This document shows, in pieces, positions 20,426-42,494 of a stretch of 64,000 nucleotides of DNA; the stretch's first letter is position 1; every line of letters starts with the position of its first letter. Made by a program: the position numbers and the translations under genes. The notes beneath the pieces are model-generated. The model saw nothing but the letters and a program-made list of their open reading frames with translations. It was not told where the DNA came from and made no database searches. This stretch comes from the human T2T-CHM13v2.0 reference genome, Homo sapiens. Location of the stretch: NCBI RefSeq assembly GCF_009914755.1, contig NC_060935.1. One strand, written 5' to 3'.

Positions 20426-20665
20426 AAATACCTGTCTGTATTTTTTCCTACATGAGCCCACTGCCTCACCCACCAGATTCCAGATGTTACAACACTTATT
20501 AATGAAAGCATCTGATTAGTTTCTTCCCCAAAAAGACATGAAGGCTAACGTCCAGACTTTCGGCCAGGTCTTTCCCAGATTCCCTGGGCTCCATTTGTCC
20601 CCACTCCCTATCCCTGGAAGAGTGCTGCTTGGGGCTGGTAGGTGAGGACACAATCACCAACTCAC

Positions 20666-20834
20666 CTGGAAGAGCTCCCACTGGCACCCACACTGTAGGA
20701 CTTGGCTTCAATGCCATGAAGACAGTCCTTAAGAGAGGAGATGAGGACACGGCAACGCTCATCATTGGCAACCCGGGACTGTTTGATAACCGCAATGGCT
20801 GTGAGCAGCGTCTCAATTGCGTCACTGTAATCCC
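20666..20834 (-). CDS. CPSF7: CPSF7 exon 8 ([56 protein letters not shown])
   Basis: AG/GT flanks, 169 nt, phases 1 and 2 consistent with neighbouring exons. Confidence 0.97.
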
Positions 20835-21179
20835 CTGATAAAGGATGAAGGAGAAAGGCCAAGGGTGAGGAGAGATGGTAAACTAACTGGACCAAAAGGA
20901 GAACTCAGGCAGACACAAACCAAGAGTAGCTAGCCGTCCCAAACAACCGCGGTAAAAGAGACAAGGCAGATGTTGCAAGTGTAAAACTGGATGACACCTA
21001 TATTCCAGCAGTTCGGAATTTAACAGATGTTGTCAGATGAACAAACTGACACACTGTTGTCCAGGGGCTATTTGACATCTATTAAAATAAACAATGTGCA
21101 TATTTTTTGAGCCAGCAATTCTATTAAAAATTTTCTACTTCTGTTCACAAGTATGTATGTTTAACAGTGTTTTAGTGTT

Positions 21180-24167
<2,988 letters not shown>

Positions 24168-24563
24168 TCAAAACATCATTCCTAAAGAAGACCCAGGGTC
24201 TATATCTGGTATTGGGTCTACTACACAGACACTAGATCTAAAGATCAACCACTGAGATGGAGATTTCCACAAGGCAGGAATTTCACTCTACAGCAAACAC
24301 CACATCGAGATGGTATTAATTATTTATATTCTAGGCATTAAGTTGGTTTTCATGAGGGCAGGCCTAGATACAGACTAAGTAATACTGCCGGAGCTTCCCC
24401 AAGGCCAAGAAATCAGGTTACATATTGCTCTTCAAAGTATGCCGCTCTTGATATCTACAGTACTCCAACTTTATCTTGTTGAACTTTTGCCAGTAGAAAT
24501 GACAAAATCAGGAAAAAAAAGTAAAGGTTAAGGAGAAGGCAGCAAAGGTAAGCACTGAGTTAC

Positions 24564-24682
24564 CTGCACTGGCTCCAGATACTGCTTTGGAAATGGCACT
24601 GCTGGAAATTGCTCTGTTTCGCTTCATGATATCTTCAAATTCGGCTTCACTCACTGTAGAGGGTGGAGGGCCCGAATCTCGG
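24564..24682 (-). CDS. CPSF7: CPSF7 exon 7 ([40 protein letters not shown])
   Basis: tgtacag|C ... GCAG|gtaac, 119 nt. Confidence 0.97.
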
Positions 24683-25002
24683 CTGTACAGAGAAAATACC
24701 ATCCTTGATTGCTCACATCCCTTATTATTTTTACTGTACTCTACAACACTTTGGTAATTTTGGCATAACACAGAACAATGCTAGACATCTGTAGCATTCA
24801 TAACACCTGCTCCCGCATTTAATTAAGCACCTTAAAAAGGGGTATAAAGGACATGGTACTACTTCCCAGGAGTCAATGCTATGATAACAGAATGTCTATA
24901 AGGGAAAGAACAAGGATTCAGTGCTCACTTTCTCAGGGAGAATAAAATGCTTAATACACTTATTTACCCTGGCTCAAATCTGAAAGGAACAATAGTCCTT
25001 AC

Positions 25003-25417
25003 CTGCCATGGTGGTTATAGGGGGCAGAGGCCTTCATGTAAGTATCTGGTGGAGGCCCCACTGTAGCGTTTGGTGGGGGGAAGAAGGCTGGATTGAGGTG
25101 AAGGGCAGGTGGGATGGCCCCAGGGGGAGGTACAGCAAGATGAGGAGGTAATCGAGGAGGTGGGGGCATGAGATGCTGGTAGTGGATACCAGGAGGAGGA
25201 GGAGGGACCCCAAAGCTTGAGGAGAGAGGTGGTGGGGGTGGAATTGGTGGTGGGGGCAGACCCATCAGGGGAAGGGCCGAAGGAGGACGATTGAAGTAGG
25301 GCAGCACACTGGGGGGCTTATCCACACGAGCAGATGAGGGTACAAGGTTCTCAGAGGGTGTGGCCCGTCCATCAGCAGAATCACTAGAATCTCGGGAATG
25401 GGCCCGTGGAGGTATTC
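25003..25417 (-). CDS. CPSF7: CPSF7 exon 6, proline-rich region
   Basis: catag|GAATA ... GGCAG|gtaagg, 415 nt. Contains [10 protein letters not shown] and [11 protein letters not shown], typical of the CFIm large subunits. Confidence 0.97.
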
Positions 25418-27611
25418 CTATGAAGCAAAACAGAACTGATGTTACTGCCCAGGCTTTACACAAACCCACAGGACCAGTTCATCCTTCAGAAGTTATCAGA
25501 CACCCTACAAAGGAAGGTGACTAAAGAGGCTGAGAAGGTAAAATCATCTACTGCCTTTTTTTTGGCTTCAGAGGTCAGAAGCAACTCAGTGAAGACATTA
25601 AATCCAAAAAACAATATCGTCCTAAATCCTGTCAAAGAATGTTTTCCATCCATAACTCCAGAAGTGCTTCAGAACAGATTTAATTTATCCTTATATGTAT
25701 CTTCTATTTTTAAATGTAGAAGGATCCTGATAGCCCACGAGAAAATGACAGTGTTCACTGATGTTCAGGTGAATTGCAGTTGACTTGAAACCCCACATCT
25801 CCTGAAGAGTTCAGGACCTCTCTCCTTAAACTAATACTAGTTAACCTCTTCCTGTTGCACACTTAAAATGTTCTCTTTGCCACAGGGTGTTGGCTAGGGA
25901 ATTTAAGGGAAGAGAGGGAGTGGCAGGAACTGGATGGCACTTCTATTTACATACTAAAACTAGTAATCAGGGTGAGAAAGAGACACACATGAAGACTAGA
26001 CAACTGGAGGTTAAGTGAAAGATAAGAAAAATTGGGAGATACGCCAATAAAAGATCCGCCCACAGCACAAGCAGATAGCACACAGCTGACAGTAAGGATG
26101 CTTAGCAAAAGCTTGCTACAAAACATGTCTCCAATCTGGGGAACTCCCGCTACATTTCAATGGCCAAAATCCTCTACCCTTCAGGGCAGCCTAACAGGAA
26201 CACCATCACCACATGCTAGTATGGTGCTGTGCACAACAGGAGCTCAGAACATGTTTTAAACAGCTGGAAGCATGGATTCTGACATTGTCAAGTCACTTGG
26301 TTAAACTTGTTCCTTCTCTCCAGTTTAACAGTCTAAGCCTGTTTATTGTGGAATCCAATAGAAGAACAAGATCACATGGCTTTGGGGGGGTCTTGGAGAT
26401 AGAAAGATGCCACTGGCAGCAAGTGTGGAGGAAAGAGTGCTCCTTAAACTAGAATATGATAGTTAATCCCAGCTCCTGAGTAAAGCCTAAGGTGGAATCA
26501 ATTATGTTGACAACCACCTAGATTTCTCTTACAGAACAGTGCCAGTGCTGTCTTGTTCTTCAGGTCTCAAACACATGGCAACTGGCTCTTTCCTAGAGTT
26601 CTCTCAAACTGAAGAACAAAAAGGTATAACGCAAGTGTCATCTGACAGTTAACCACTTTCCCAGCTACTACTGTTGTCACATCTGCAAAGGTTGTTTTGT
26701 ATCTATGGCTACAAGTCCCAAAAGACGCAACATTTCTATGCAGAGGAAGTCCACCAGCTTTACTTAGTGAATTAACAGAGCCCAGGTCCATCAGCATGAC
26801 AGAGCAGAAAAACAGCACTCAGTTACACAATCTTTTCAGCAAAAAAAAGTAACATGAAAAGTAGCTGAGTAGAAGTAGAACGTTACCCCCAATACAGTTG
26901 TAAAATTACATACCTAAGGAAAGTCAGGGGTGAATTACAGAAAGACTCCAAAACAGAGGGGACTTGAAAATACAACTTGTCAAGGAAGAAGAGTGTGTCC
27001 TTTCTAACATGGAACAACAAGAGTTCACACCAAATCTATCTAGGCTGTCAATCTAGTTAAAAGAACAGCTGTTCCTATGCAAGAGCAAAGTGGTCCTATT
27101 TCTACCTGGAGGATACACCCAATCAATACAAGGCACTATTTTGAGAGCTGGACCTAAGCAGTGACAGAACATCAGTGATGAAACTTTGCTGTTCCTCCCA
27201 CTGTAGCAAAAGAAAATAAGGGTGGTTGGCTGTCTCAGGGAAGGTCTTGCAGGGTGGCTGCACTTTATGAGGTCAGGAAAATCCAAGGTCTAGTCCTCAG
27301 GTTTCTCAGGTTCAGAAACTTGCTTCAACTGGGGTGACTAGGCCCTAGGAGACTGATTCATGCTAACCAAACTCACAAGAGACTGATTCATAAACCATAA
27401 CACCAATTTATTAATTTACAATGAGAAATGTAATTGCCAAGCAGACCAGAATACTTGTGTCGGCTGGTCAGCGAATTCTCTTCCTAGTAGGAGACCCTAA
27501 TTGGGAAACCAAATTAGCATCAGAAAGTGGCTTAGTGAGTACAGTCAGAATAAAGAGAGTAAGATGGACATTGGGGAAACTGTCCTCAAACTAAGGTAGT
27601 TCTGAGGTAAC

Positions 27612-28219
<608 letters not shown>

Positions 28220-28819
28220 TGTAACTTTCTTTACTAATGGGATATAACTGCCAAGCAGACTAAAACATTTGGTAATCAAAAGAGCACCCTCTCCCCTGGA
28301 CAATGCTGGAGAAATATTGTTCAAGTCTTATTCTCCAACACTCCTCTTGGTTGATTCCTTACAGTATCCTTCCAATCAACGTTTATGAAAAGATTATAGG
28401 CACCTTTTAGTTACATTTTAGGGTGGCTGCTTCTTGATAATTTATAGAGAGGCATGTCTTAAAAATTAAGCCCATTCACCTAATGCCAAGTTTTAGACAG
28501 AAACACAGAATTTAGAGGTGATGGAACTTTAAACATCATGTCACTAGTCCAGATGGGGAAACAGGCCCTAAGTAGTAAAGTGACTTGGCCAAGGTCACAC
28601 GAGTCAGTGGCAGAACCAAACTACAACCTGAACCTACTTGACTCCCAGCACAATGCTCTTTCTTCTATATAGACCTATTCTGAGGACTACTTGTCGACCA
28701 TGACACCACTCACAACCACCATCACCCTCCCCCAAACTCACCCACACTGTAGGCTAAGCCTACACCATAGAAAACAAACCCACAAACACCCCCCCCTCAT
28801 ACAGATGGTCTCCACGTAC

Positions 28820-28992
28820 CCCCTCTTGGGACTCGGACACACTCACGTTTCCGAGCCTGTGCCTCAAACTGTGACAGGTTCTGCCGGGTGGCCGGCCTCA
28901 CGTCCACTTTTTCTCCATTAAGAACTTTCCCTGGTAGGAGTTCCAACAATTTGTGGACAGAGTTTTCAGAGGCTACCACCACCTCAGCATAC
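28820..28992 (-). CDS. CPSF7: CPSF7 exon 5 (C-terminal half of RRM); alternative donors at 28847 and 28820 (+9 aa)
   Basis: Encodes [48 protein letters not shown]. Donors AAC|gtgagt and GGG|gtacgt are 27 nt apart and give 462 vs 471 aa. Confidence 0.96.
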
Positions 28993-29367
28993 CTTAGGAA
29001 AGAAAAATTAAAAATGAATGAAATCTGTAGACAGCCAAGAGAAGAAAAAAGAAATTCTCTTCCACTTTTAGTAAAAATTGATAAAGCAAAGGACATCTTG
29101 CTAAACTAAACACACATACAGCACTAACAACAAAGAGACAGCCTAAATCTTTATTTTTTTGGAATTAAAAATCAGTATTCTTCGCCCCTTAACAGATGGA
29201 TATTCTACTACACTGCAGCTAGGTCCCTTTCTAAGGCAGTTTGCCAAAACCAAGGCAGTAAGCTGGGCCAGGGGTGGGAGTGATTAAAATCCAGGGCCAA
29301 AATATAGTACAGATCTTTTATCCCAATGGTTACAAATTAAAAGGGGCTTCTCAAATCCAGACCTCAC

Positions 29368-29471
29368 CCTTTGGACTGGCCATTTGCTCGATTCTCTGCA
29401 AATTTCAACTCCACCACATCATAGACTCCTATAGAGCGAATAACCTGGATCAGCTGCTGGTCTGTGGTCCA
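29368..29471 (-). CDS. CPSF7: CPSF7 exon 4 (RRM: [34 protein letters not shown])
   Basis: ccccag|TGG ... AAAGG|gtgagg, 104 nt. Confidence 0.96.
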
Positions 29472-30287
29472 CTGGGGCCGGCAAGATGGAAAAGGAAGAG
29501 ATGTCAAGAGCTACACCCCCGCCCGCCAATGTCCCAAACCCAGGATTCTAGTCACAACTAAGTCCCCCCAGAGGAAACTCAAAAGCCTGGCAATATTTCA
29601 ATTAGTGCAGACTTTTCTTATTGTCCTCACCCATACAGAATTCCAAACCCACTCACCCCCAATCTCCATCTTTAGAGATTACGAAGATTAAAACTTATTG
29701 TAACTTTGACTGCCGTTTGGGCTGGCTGGTCATCAGTTCAAACATTGACAGCTAGCAATTTTTTAATTATAGATCTGTCAGGCTAGAGTTGACCATTGCC
29801 AGAACTTCCCCCACAGTAAATATACTTCCTAATTTGGAAAAACCACCCCCACCACCAGCCCCAAAACATCACAAAATAACTTGCAGAACAACAGTCACCA
29901 CCTACCCCAAGTATACTAGAGTTATCAAGGTCTTTAATCCCCATCACCCACCATTATCACAGGACCATCTAATGACCACCAAGAGTTCAAGGTGTTCACT
30001 CTGAAATCTCGTCCCTCAGATGACCCTGCTAGACATAAAGCCCCAGGGTCAGGGGCAGTAACAAGATGGCAGAAAAAGCAACTACCCACTTAATCATTGC
30101 TTTCTTCGGCACCAGTACGTCCTCAGGATAGTTCTCTTTCAGAGATCAATCCAACCTGATCCCAGGAAAAAGAAATCCAACCCCATCAGAGCACAAAACA
30201 GTGCAACAGTAGTTTCTGAAAATGCCATCACCTCCCAGTGCTCTCCCTCCAGCCCACCCCTAAGCATTTTTGGTTACCCACACTCAC

Positions 30288-30506
30288 CCAGGAGAAGCTG
30301 CCCACATAAACGGCAGCTCGTCTATTACGCAGGCCACTGTAGGTATACAGAATTGCAGGGGTCTTGTTGTTGGGCTTGGGAGATGGCTCCTGGCGAACAG
30401 GAGGAGGTGGTTCAGTGCTGCTGCTTCTGTCATCTGAGGGCTGTGAGGTGGCTGTCAGCACATCATCATACAGGTCAATCTGATCTGTATTGTTGAACTC
30501 TGGGTC
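30288..30506 (-). CDS. CPSF7: CPSF7 exon 3 ([17 protein letters not shown]...[12 protein letters not shown])
   Basis: ctcttag|GAC ... TGG|gtgagt, 219 nt, phase 0-0. Contains the RNP2-like AVYVGSF. Confidence 0.97.
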
Positions 30507-31215
30507 CTAAGAGATGAGGGGTTGGCAAAGGTAGGTCTGCAAACTTCATTTTGTTCATTCTATTTCACTCTAGTTTATTAGAATCCAGTTAAATACTTGG
30601 TAAAACATGTACAAAACTTCCTTGTCCTACCCCAGGAAACAAAGTAAGAAAAACCTCCTTTTGAAACTGTATCACTTAATTATGCTTATGTACATTTTTT
30701 TCCCCTCAAGATTCTGTTAATAGTCTGTAAAGTTTCTGGCTTTAGCCAACGGCAAGAATCAAAAAGCACTGGGTGATTAAGCAAGCAAAGAAAGAATGCA
30801 TAATGAGATGCATGGGCTGCTGTTATCAATAAGGTCAGCTTCTAAAGACCACATCTAAGATAAGCTAATGAAAACTTATTTTCAGTATCTTATGCTATTT
30901 CCAAAATCAAGTGTTACATAAAATTCACTTGTCTATTTAATAATAAATTTATTTAGAAACAGAATGCAGAGGAAAAGCATGAAAGTGGGTACAAAAATGC
31001 AGAAAAGATTGGGAGTTACTGATTTAAATCCCTTGATTGGTATAAATGATTTAGGAAAGCTCTAAACTCATTGTACACAATCCCATCTTTCCATCGGAGA
31101 AAATAAAAAATAAATAAAAGGGAAGGGAATAACAACAGGGGTTTTCCCCTACTAAGTTCTATTTCTTAAATGACATACAGGCCCAATGCATTACCATGAC
31201 ATGTATCTAGGAGAC

Positions 31216-37383
<6,168 letters not shown>

Positions 37384-38080
37384 TCTAGATAAATTTCTGT
37401 ATAATGTTCCCTGGTACAATAAAAACAAATCCAACTGAGGGTATGTGCATGGGTCTATTATCAGTTTTCTAACTGGTTTGTCTAACGTCTTTACTCTTTT
37501 ATTCCCTCTAGAAAGACTAAAGGTAACCAATACAATTTATTATACCAAAATGCCTGTGGACTTCTCATGACTGGAGTCAACCTACTTATAAAAGGAAGTA
37601 AAACTTAATTGGAATGGAGTTGAAACTAAATGTTAAAGTCATCTTTTCTACTTTGCTTTTGCACTGTCACGATGGAGGGGACTACACTTCTCCAGCTGCA
37701 GGTTGAGAATGTAAAAGAACCGGTATCAACACTGTCCTCATGAATACCGTAGCAAATGTACTTTTGATTTTTAAGTGTGGTTAGTCTGACACCCACCTTT
37801 GGCTTCCTGGGGAGTAAATTCCACAGGTTGATTCACCATTCTATTACACCTGCTTTTTATTTGCTCTTAAATCAAAGCCTTTAAAATTAAGCCTGGAGCT
37901 TCAAATTAACATAAAGAGGAATGGAGTGTAGTCTTTAAAGTTTCTGCAGGAGAAAAATTTTAGACCGGATAGACGCGTGTTCAAGCCTAGGACTGGTACA
38001 GCTTGAAACCACTGCCAGTTTGCTGAAAATGATTCCTCAGATGATCAAGGAAAATCCCAAAGCTCCTGATGACACCTCAC

Positions 38081-38134
38081 CTGGTTGAACTCCTCGTCAG
38101 CATATATATCAATCAAGTCCACTCCTTCTGACAT
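38081..38134 (-). CDS. CPSF7: CPSF7 exon 2 coding part (MSEGVDLIDIYADEEFNQ); exon spans 38081-38189
   Basis: GCCATG at 38134, donor CAG|gtgagg, acceptor cccgcag at 38190. Confidence 0.96.
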
Positions 38135-38655
38135 GGCTCCGGAAGGAAGATCGCGAGTCCGGAGGATGGACAAAGTAAGGAAGATGCCACTGCGGGATTC
38201 GGAAAAATGCAAGAATTAGAAGGCACGAGGGTCCTGGGCTGGGAAGAGGGTAATGATTGCTAACCTCCCATCTCCAGAGACGCAGCATCCTGGCGGCCCC
38301 AGCTCGGCCCCACCCGCTCCGCCCCGCCCCCGGCCTCGCGCCGCCCACCGCTCTCCCAGGCCGCCGGGGGTCGCTGCCCATCACCCTCGGGCCCGACCCG
38401 GGTAGCGCCGCGTCGGCGCCGCAGCTGCCTATGGCGCGACGGAAAAGTCCCACCCTCGGGTCCTAGTGGCCCTAGGACGGCGTTGCGAAGAATGACCGCG
38501 GCGAAGCCCGCAGCCCCTATCCGCTGCACCTGCCTAGCCCCCAAGGCGGCTCCGGCCAGAGCCCCCAGGTGTCAAGCAGCTCCAGCCGCCTCTGCCCCCA
38601 ACCCAGGCCTACTCTTCGCCCCCAGCTAGGCCCGCCCCGCTCCCTCCCGACAAAC

Positions 38656-38729
38656 CCGGCCCGGCGCGCTCTGCCTCCTCCCTCAAAAGGCCCGCGACTC
38701 CCTCCGCCCGCAGACTCCGGCCGTCCCAT
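38656..38729 (-). CDS. CPSF7: CPSF7 alternative coding first exon (MGRPESAGGGSRGPFEGGGRARRAG), 514-aa N-extended isoform
   Basis: ATG at 38729 and donor CGG|gtttgt (phase 2) join exon 2 in frame through the otherwise 5'UTR segment GIFLTLSILRTRDLPSGA. 43+471=514 aa. Confidence 0.7.
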
Positions 38730-38812
38730 CTCAACCGACCCCCTTCCCGCCTCAGTGCCGGCCCGGACCCCTCTTCCGGCCCAACCTGCCCCCGACCGCG
38801 CGCCCCCGTTAC

Positions 38813-38875
38813 CGGGAATATGGCGGCGGCGGCGGCGAGTCCGGACTAGGCCCGAAGCGCGCGAACCGCTCTCCG
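38813..38875 (-). other. CPSF7: CPSF7 non-coding exon 1
   Basis: Donor CCG|gtaacg at 38813/38812 within the CpG island. TSS approximate. Confidence 0.7.
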
Positions 38876-39044
38876 CCCCAGGTCCCGCCCCCCCGCCGCC
38901 GGCGTCACACGCACCGCCACTTCCGGCATGCGCAGGGACGCACCTTCCGGCTCAGCTCCTCCGTGGCTGCCGTGGTCGGCTGGCCGGGCGGCTAGGAGTT
39001 CCCGGAAGTGCCCGCGCAGCCGGTTTCCGGTGCAGGTGGGGAAA

Positions 39045-39080
39045 ATGGCGGTGTCTACAGTGTTCTCGACTTCGTCGCTG
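39045..39080 (+). CDS. SDHAF2: SDHAF2 exon 1 (MAVSTVFSTSSL), start of mitochondrial targeting peptide
   Basis: AAAATGG Kozak context, donor CTG|gtgagg. Confidence 0.95.
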
Positions 39081-39823
39081 GTGAGGAGAGAGAACGTTCT
39101 AGCGTCCGGGGCGGGCGGCAGCGGGGATTACCCTTTGTCTTCCTCTGTGGTCTCTATCTTGGGGAGAGTTCGTCTGCCCGATAGCGCAGGGCAAGGGCAG
39201 GCCCAGGGAGAGGCCGATCCTGCAACTCAGGAAATAAAGGTCGCTTCCATTCTTTGGTGAGCCTACTGTGTGCCGGTCTGGAAATATCTGCTTAAACGAT
39301 CAGTCATCGTCCAAGACCCAATTCGCCTCTCACCTACGTCCCAGGCGGGATTAGCCCAACTTCCCTGGGCTCCCCTTCTCCCCGTTCTTTAGTCTTTAAT
39401 GCTTTTCGTGGTTTCACATAGTATCTTCAGCTTTTTGTTTGTTTATAATTGACATATAATTGTACGTGTTTATGGGGGTACAGTATAATGTTTTAATACA
39501 TGTGTACATCGAATAATCAAATCAGCGTAGTTAGCATGTCCATCACCTCAAATCTTTATCATTTATTTACGGTAATAACTTTTCAAGATCTTTTTCTAGC
39601 ATCTTGACATATACAGTACAGTGTTATTAGCTGTAGTCACTCTAATATGTAATAGAACACTGGAACTTATTATTCTTTTTTCCTAGCCTGCTGTTATAAA
39701 GTAACTAACTTTGCCTCTATCTTCCCCTCCTACCCCCATCCCTATCTTTATTCTTTTTTTTTTTTCCTGCAGACCCAGGGACTCGATCTTTATTCTTTTT
39801 TGATGTAGGCGTTTACACTATAA

Positions 39824-40102
<279 letters not shown>

Positions 40103-41174
40103 TAGAGATGGGGTTTCACCTTGTTGGCCAGGCAGGTCTCGAACTCCAGACTTCAGGTGATCCGTCCTTCTCGGCCTCCCAAAGTGCTGAGATTACAGGC
40201 GTGAGCCACCGCGCCCGGCCTGTTGTTTCCCTTCTTTTTTCTTTTTTTCGTAGAGACAGGTTCTCACTATGTTGCCCAGGCTGGTCTCAAACTCCTGGCC
40301 TCAAGTGATCCTCCTGCCTCAGCTTTCCAAAAAGTGCTGGGATTACTGGTGTGATCCACCATTCCCGGCGTGTCTCAAGATATTTTCTAATTTTCCTTTT
40401 GATGTCTTCTTTGACTCATTGATTGTTCAAGAGTGTGTTGTTTAATTTCCACATATTTGTGAATTTTCCACCTTTTCTTTTGCCATTGATTTCCAGATTT
40501 TAATAAAATGTCTCTTGTGCGGCATATAGTTGAATCTTTTTTTTAATTCATTATATTCAGCCACTTCATGTCTTTTGGTTGGGGAGGTTATGTTATGTTA
40601 TGTTATTTTCTTGAGACAGAGTCTCGCTCTGTCGCCCAGGTTGGAGTGCAGTGGCATGATCTCGACTCACTGCAAGCTCCACCTCCTGGGTTCACGCCAA
40701 TCTCCTGGTTTAGGAGTAGCTGGGACTACAGGCGCCCCCCACCACGCCTGGCTAATTTTTTGTATTTTTAGTAGAGACGAGATTTCACCGTGTTAGCCAG
40801 GATGGTCTCGATCTCCTGACCTCGTGATCTGCCCGCCTCAGCCTCCCAAAGTGCTGGGATTACAGGCGTGAGCCACCGCGCCAGGCCTGGAGTTTAATCC
40901 ATTTATACCTAAAGTAAATAGTGGCCGAGGTGGGTGGATCGTGTGAGTCCTGGAGTTCGAGACCAGCCTGGGCAACATGGCAAAACCCCTTTTCTACTAA
41001 AAAAAATTAGTCAGGTGTGGTAGTACACACCTGTAGTCCCAGCTACTTGAGAGGCTGAGGCGGGAGTGCGTCTGAGAAGTCAAGGCTGCAGTGAGCCTTG
41101 ATTTTGCAACAGCACTCCAGCCTGGGCATTGGAAGTGAGACCTTGTCTCAAAAAATAAATAAAATAGGGAAGTA

Positions 41175-41500
41175 CAATCATCCCTTTGTATCCATGGGAT
41201 GACTGTTGTAGGATCCGCTGTGGATATCAAACTCTGCAGAAGCTCAGTCTCTTATATAAAATGGCATAGTATTTGCATATAATCTACACACATACTTCCA
41301 TATCCTTTAAATTATTTCTAGATTACTTATAATACCGAAAACAATGTCAAGGCTATGTATATGCTTGTTATACTATATCTTAGTTGTTTTTTAATTGTTG
41401 TATTATTTATTTCTTTTGAATATTTTTGATCCACAGTTGGTTGAGTGTGCAGTTGGTTGAATTTACAGGTGTGGAACCCACAGATACGGAGGGCCAACTG
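41175..41500 (+). mobile_element. MER2 (TcMar-Tigger non-autonomous DNA transposon)
   Basis: Terminal inverted repeats CAATCATCCCTTTGTATCC / CAGATACGGAGGGCCAACTG and internal CTTATATAAAATGGCATAGTATTTGCATATAA. Confidence 0.85.
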
Positions 41501-41939
41501 TGCTTGCTGTTGCCGTTTTGTAAACTGTTCTCTGTCTTACAACCTTTTTGCTCCTCTTTTCCACTCTTGTCATCCTTTATATTTCGTTGACTTTTTTTTT
41601 TTGTAGTGACATACTTTGAGAAACGAATTTCTCATTTCCTTGTGTGTCTTACACAGGTATTTCTTTGTGGTTACCATGTGGCTTATATAAAACATAACAA
41701 TCTGTTTTGATAACTTAATTTCCATTGCATACAAAAACTCTGCTCTTTTATGACCCCCTTGTATGTTGTGGATGTCACAAATTACATCTTTTTATATTGT
41801 CTCCATTAACAAATTTTTATAGTTGTTTTTATACCTTTGTCTTTAATTTCTATACCAAAATTAAAAGTGACTTACATACCACAGTTACAGTATTATAGTA
41901 TTCTGTACTTGTCTCTCTCTATATATTTTTTTAATTTAA

Positions 41940-42140
<201 letters not shown>

Positions 42141-42494
42141 TAGCCAGGATGGTCTCCATCTCCTGACCTCGTGATCCGCGCACCTCAGCCTCCCAAAGTG
42201 TTGGGATTACAGGCGTGAGCCACCGCACCCGGCCTCCAGTGATAATTTAACACAACTCATACCAGTATCACACAATTCCCTGGAACTATGTGACAACCAT
42301 TATTGTTTCTTTTATGGAATGCTGCCTTGATACTAACAGAAAAAAATGGGTGAAATTTGGCTAAAATAATAAGACATCCCAATTATTAGAACAATTTCCT
42401 TGTACTGATGAGGATAGTCCTCCCCATCCGCATTCATTTCTGTAGAAATTACTCAATCATGTTATTTTAGTATAGAAAGTAGGAATCCCTGCCT

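Larger units (their letters stand above)
38140..39250. promoter_or_regulatory. CpG island / bidirectional promoter of CPSF7 (-) and SDHAF2 (+)
   Basis: Head-to-head first exons about 170 bp apart. ETS/GABP ACTTCCGG 38919-38926 and CCGGAAGTG 39002-39010, NRF1-like GCATGCGCA 38926-38934, YY1-like motifs at 38817 and 39042, and GC boxes. Confidence 0.9.

Noticed and set aside
27349-27391. 13-bp direct repeat GAGACTGATTCAT at 30-bp spacing
   Set aside because: Only two copies. It is not an array and can arise by local duplication.
38109-39260. Long Pro/Arg/Gly-rich ORFs in the CPSF7/SDHAF2 island
   Set aside because: Expected by chance in a CpG island. Only the segments with splice and frame support were kept.
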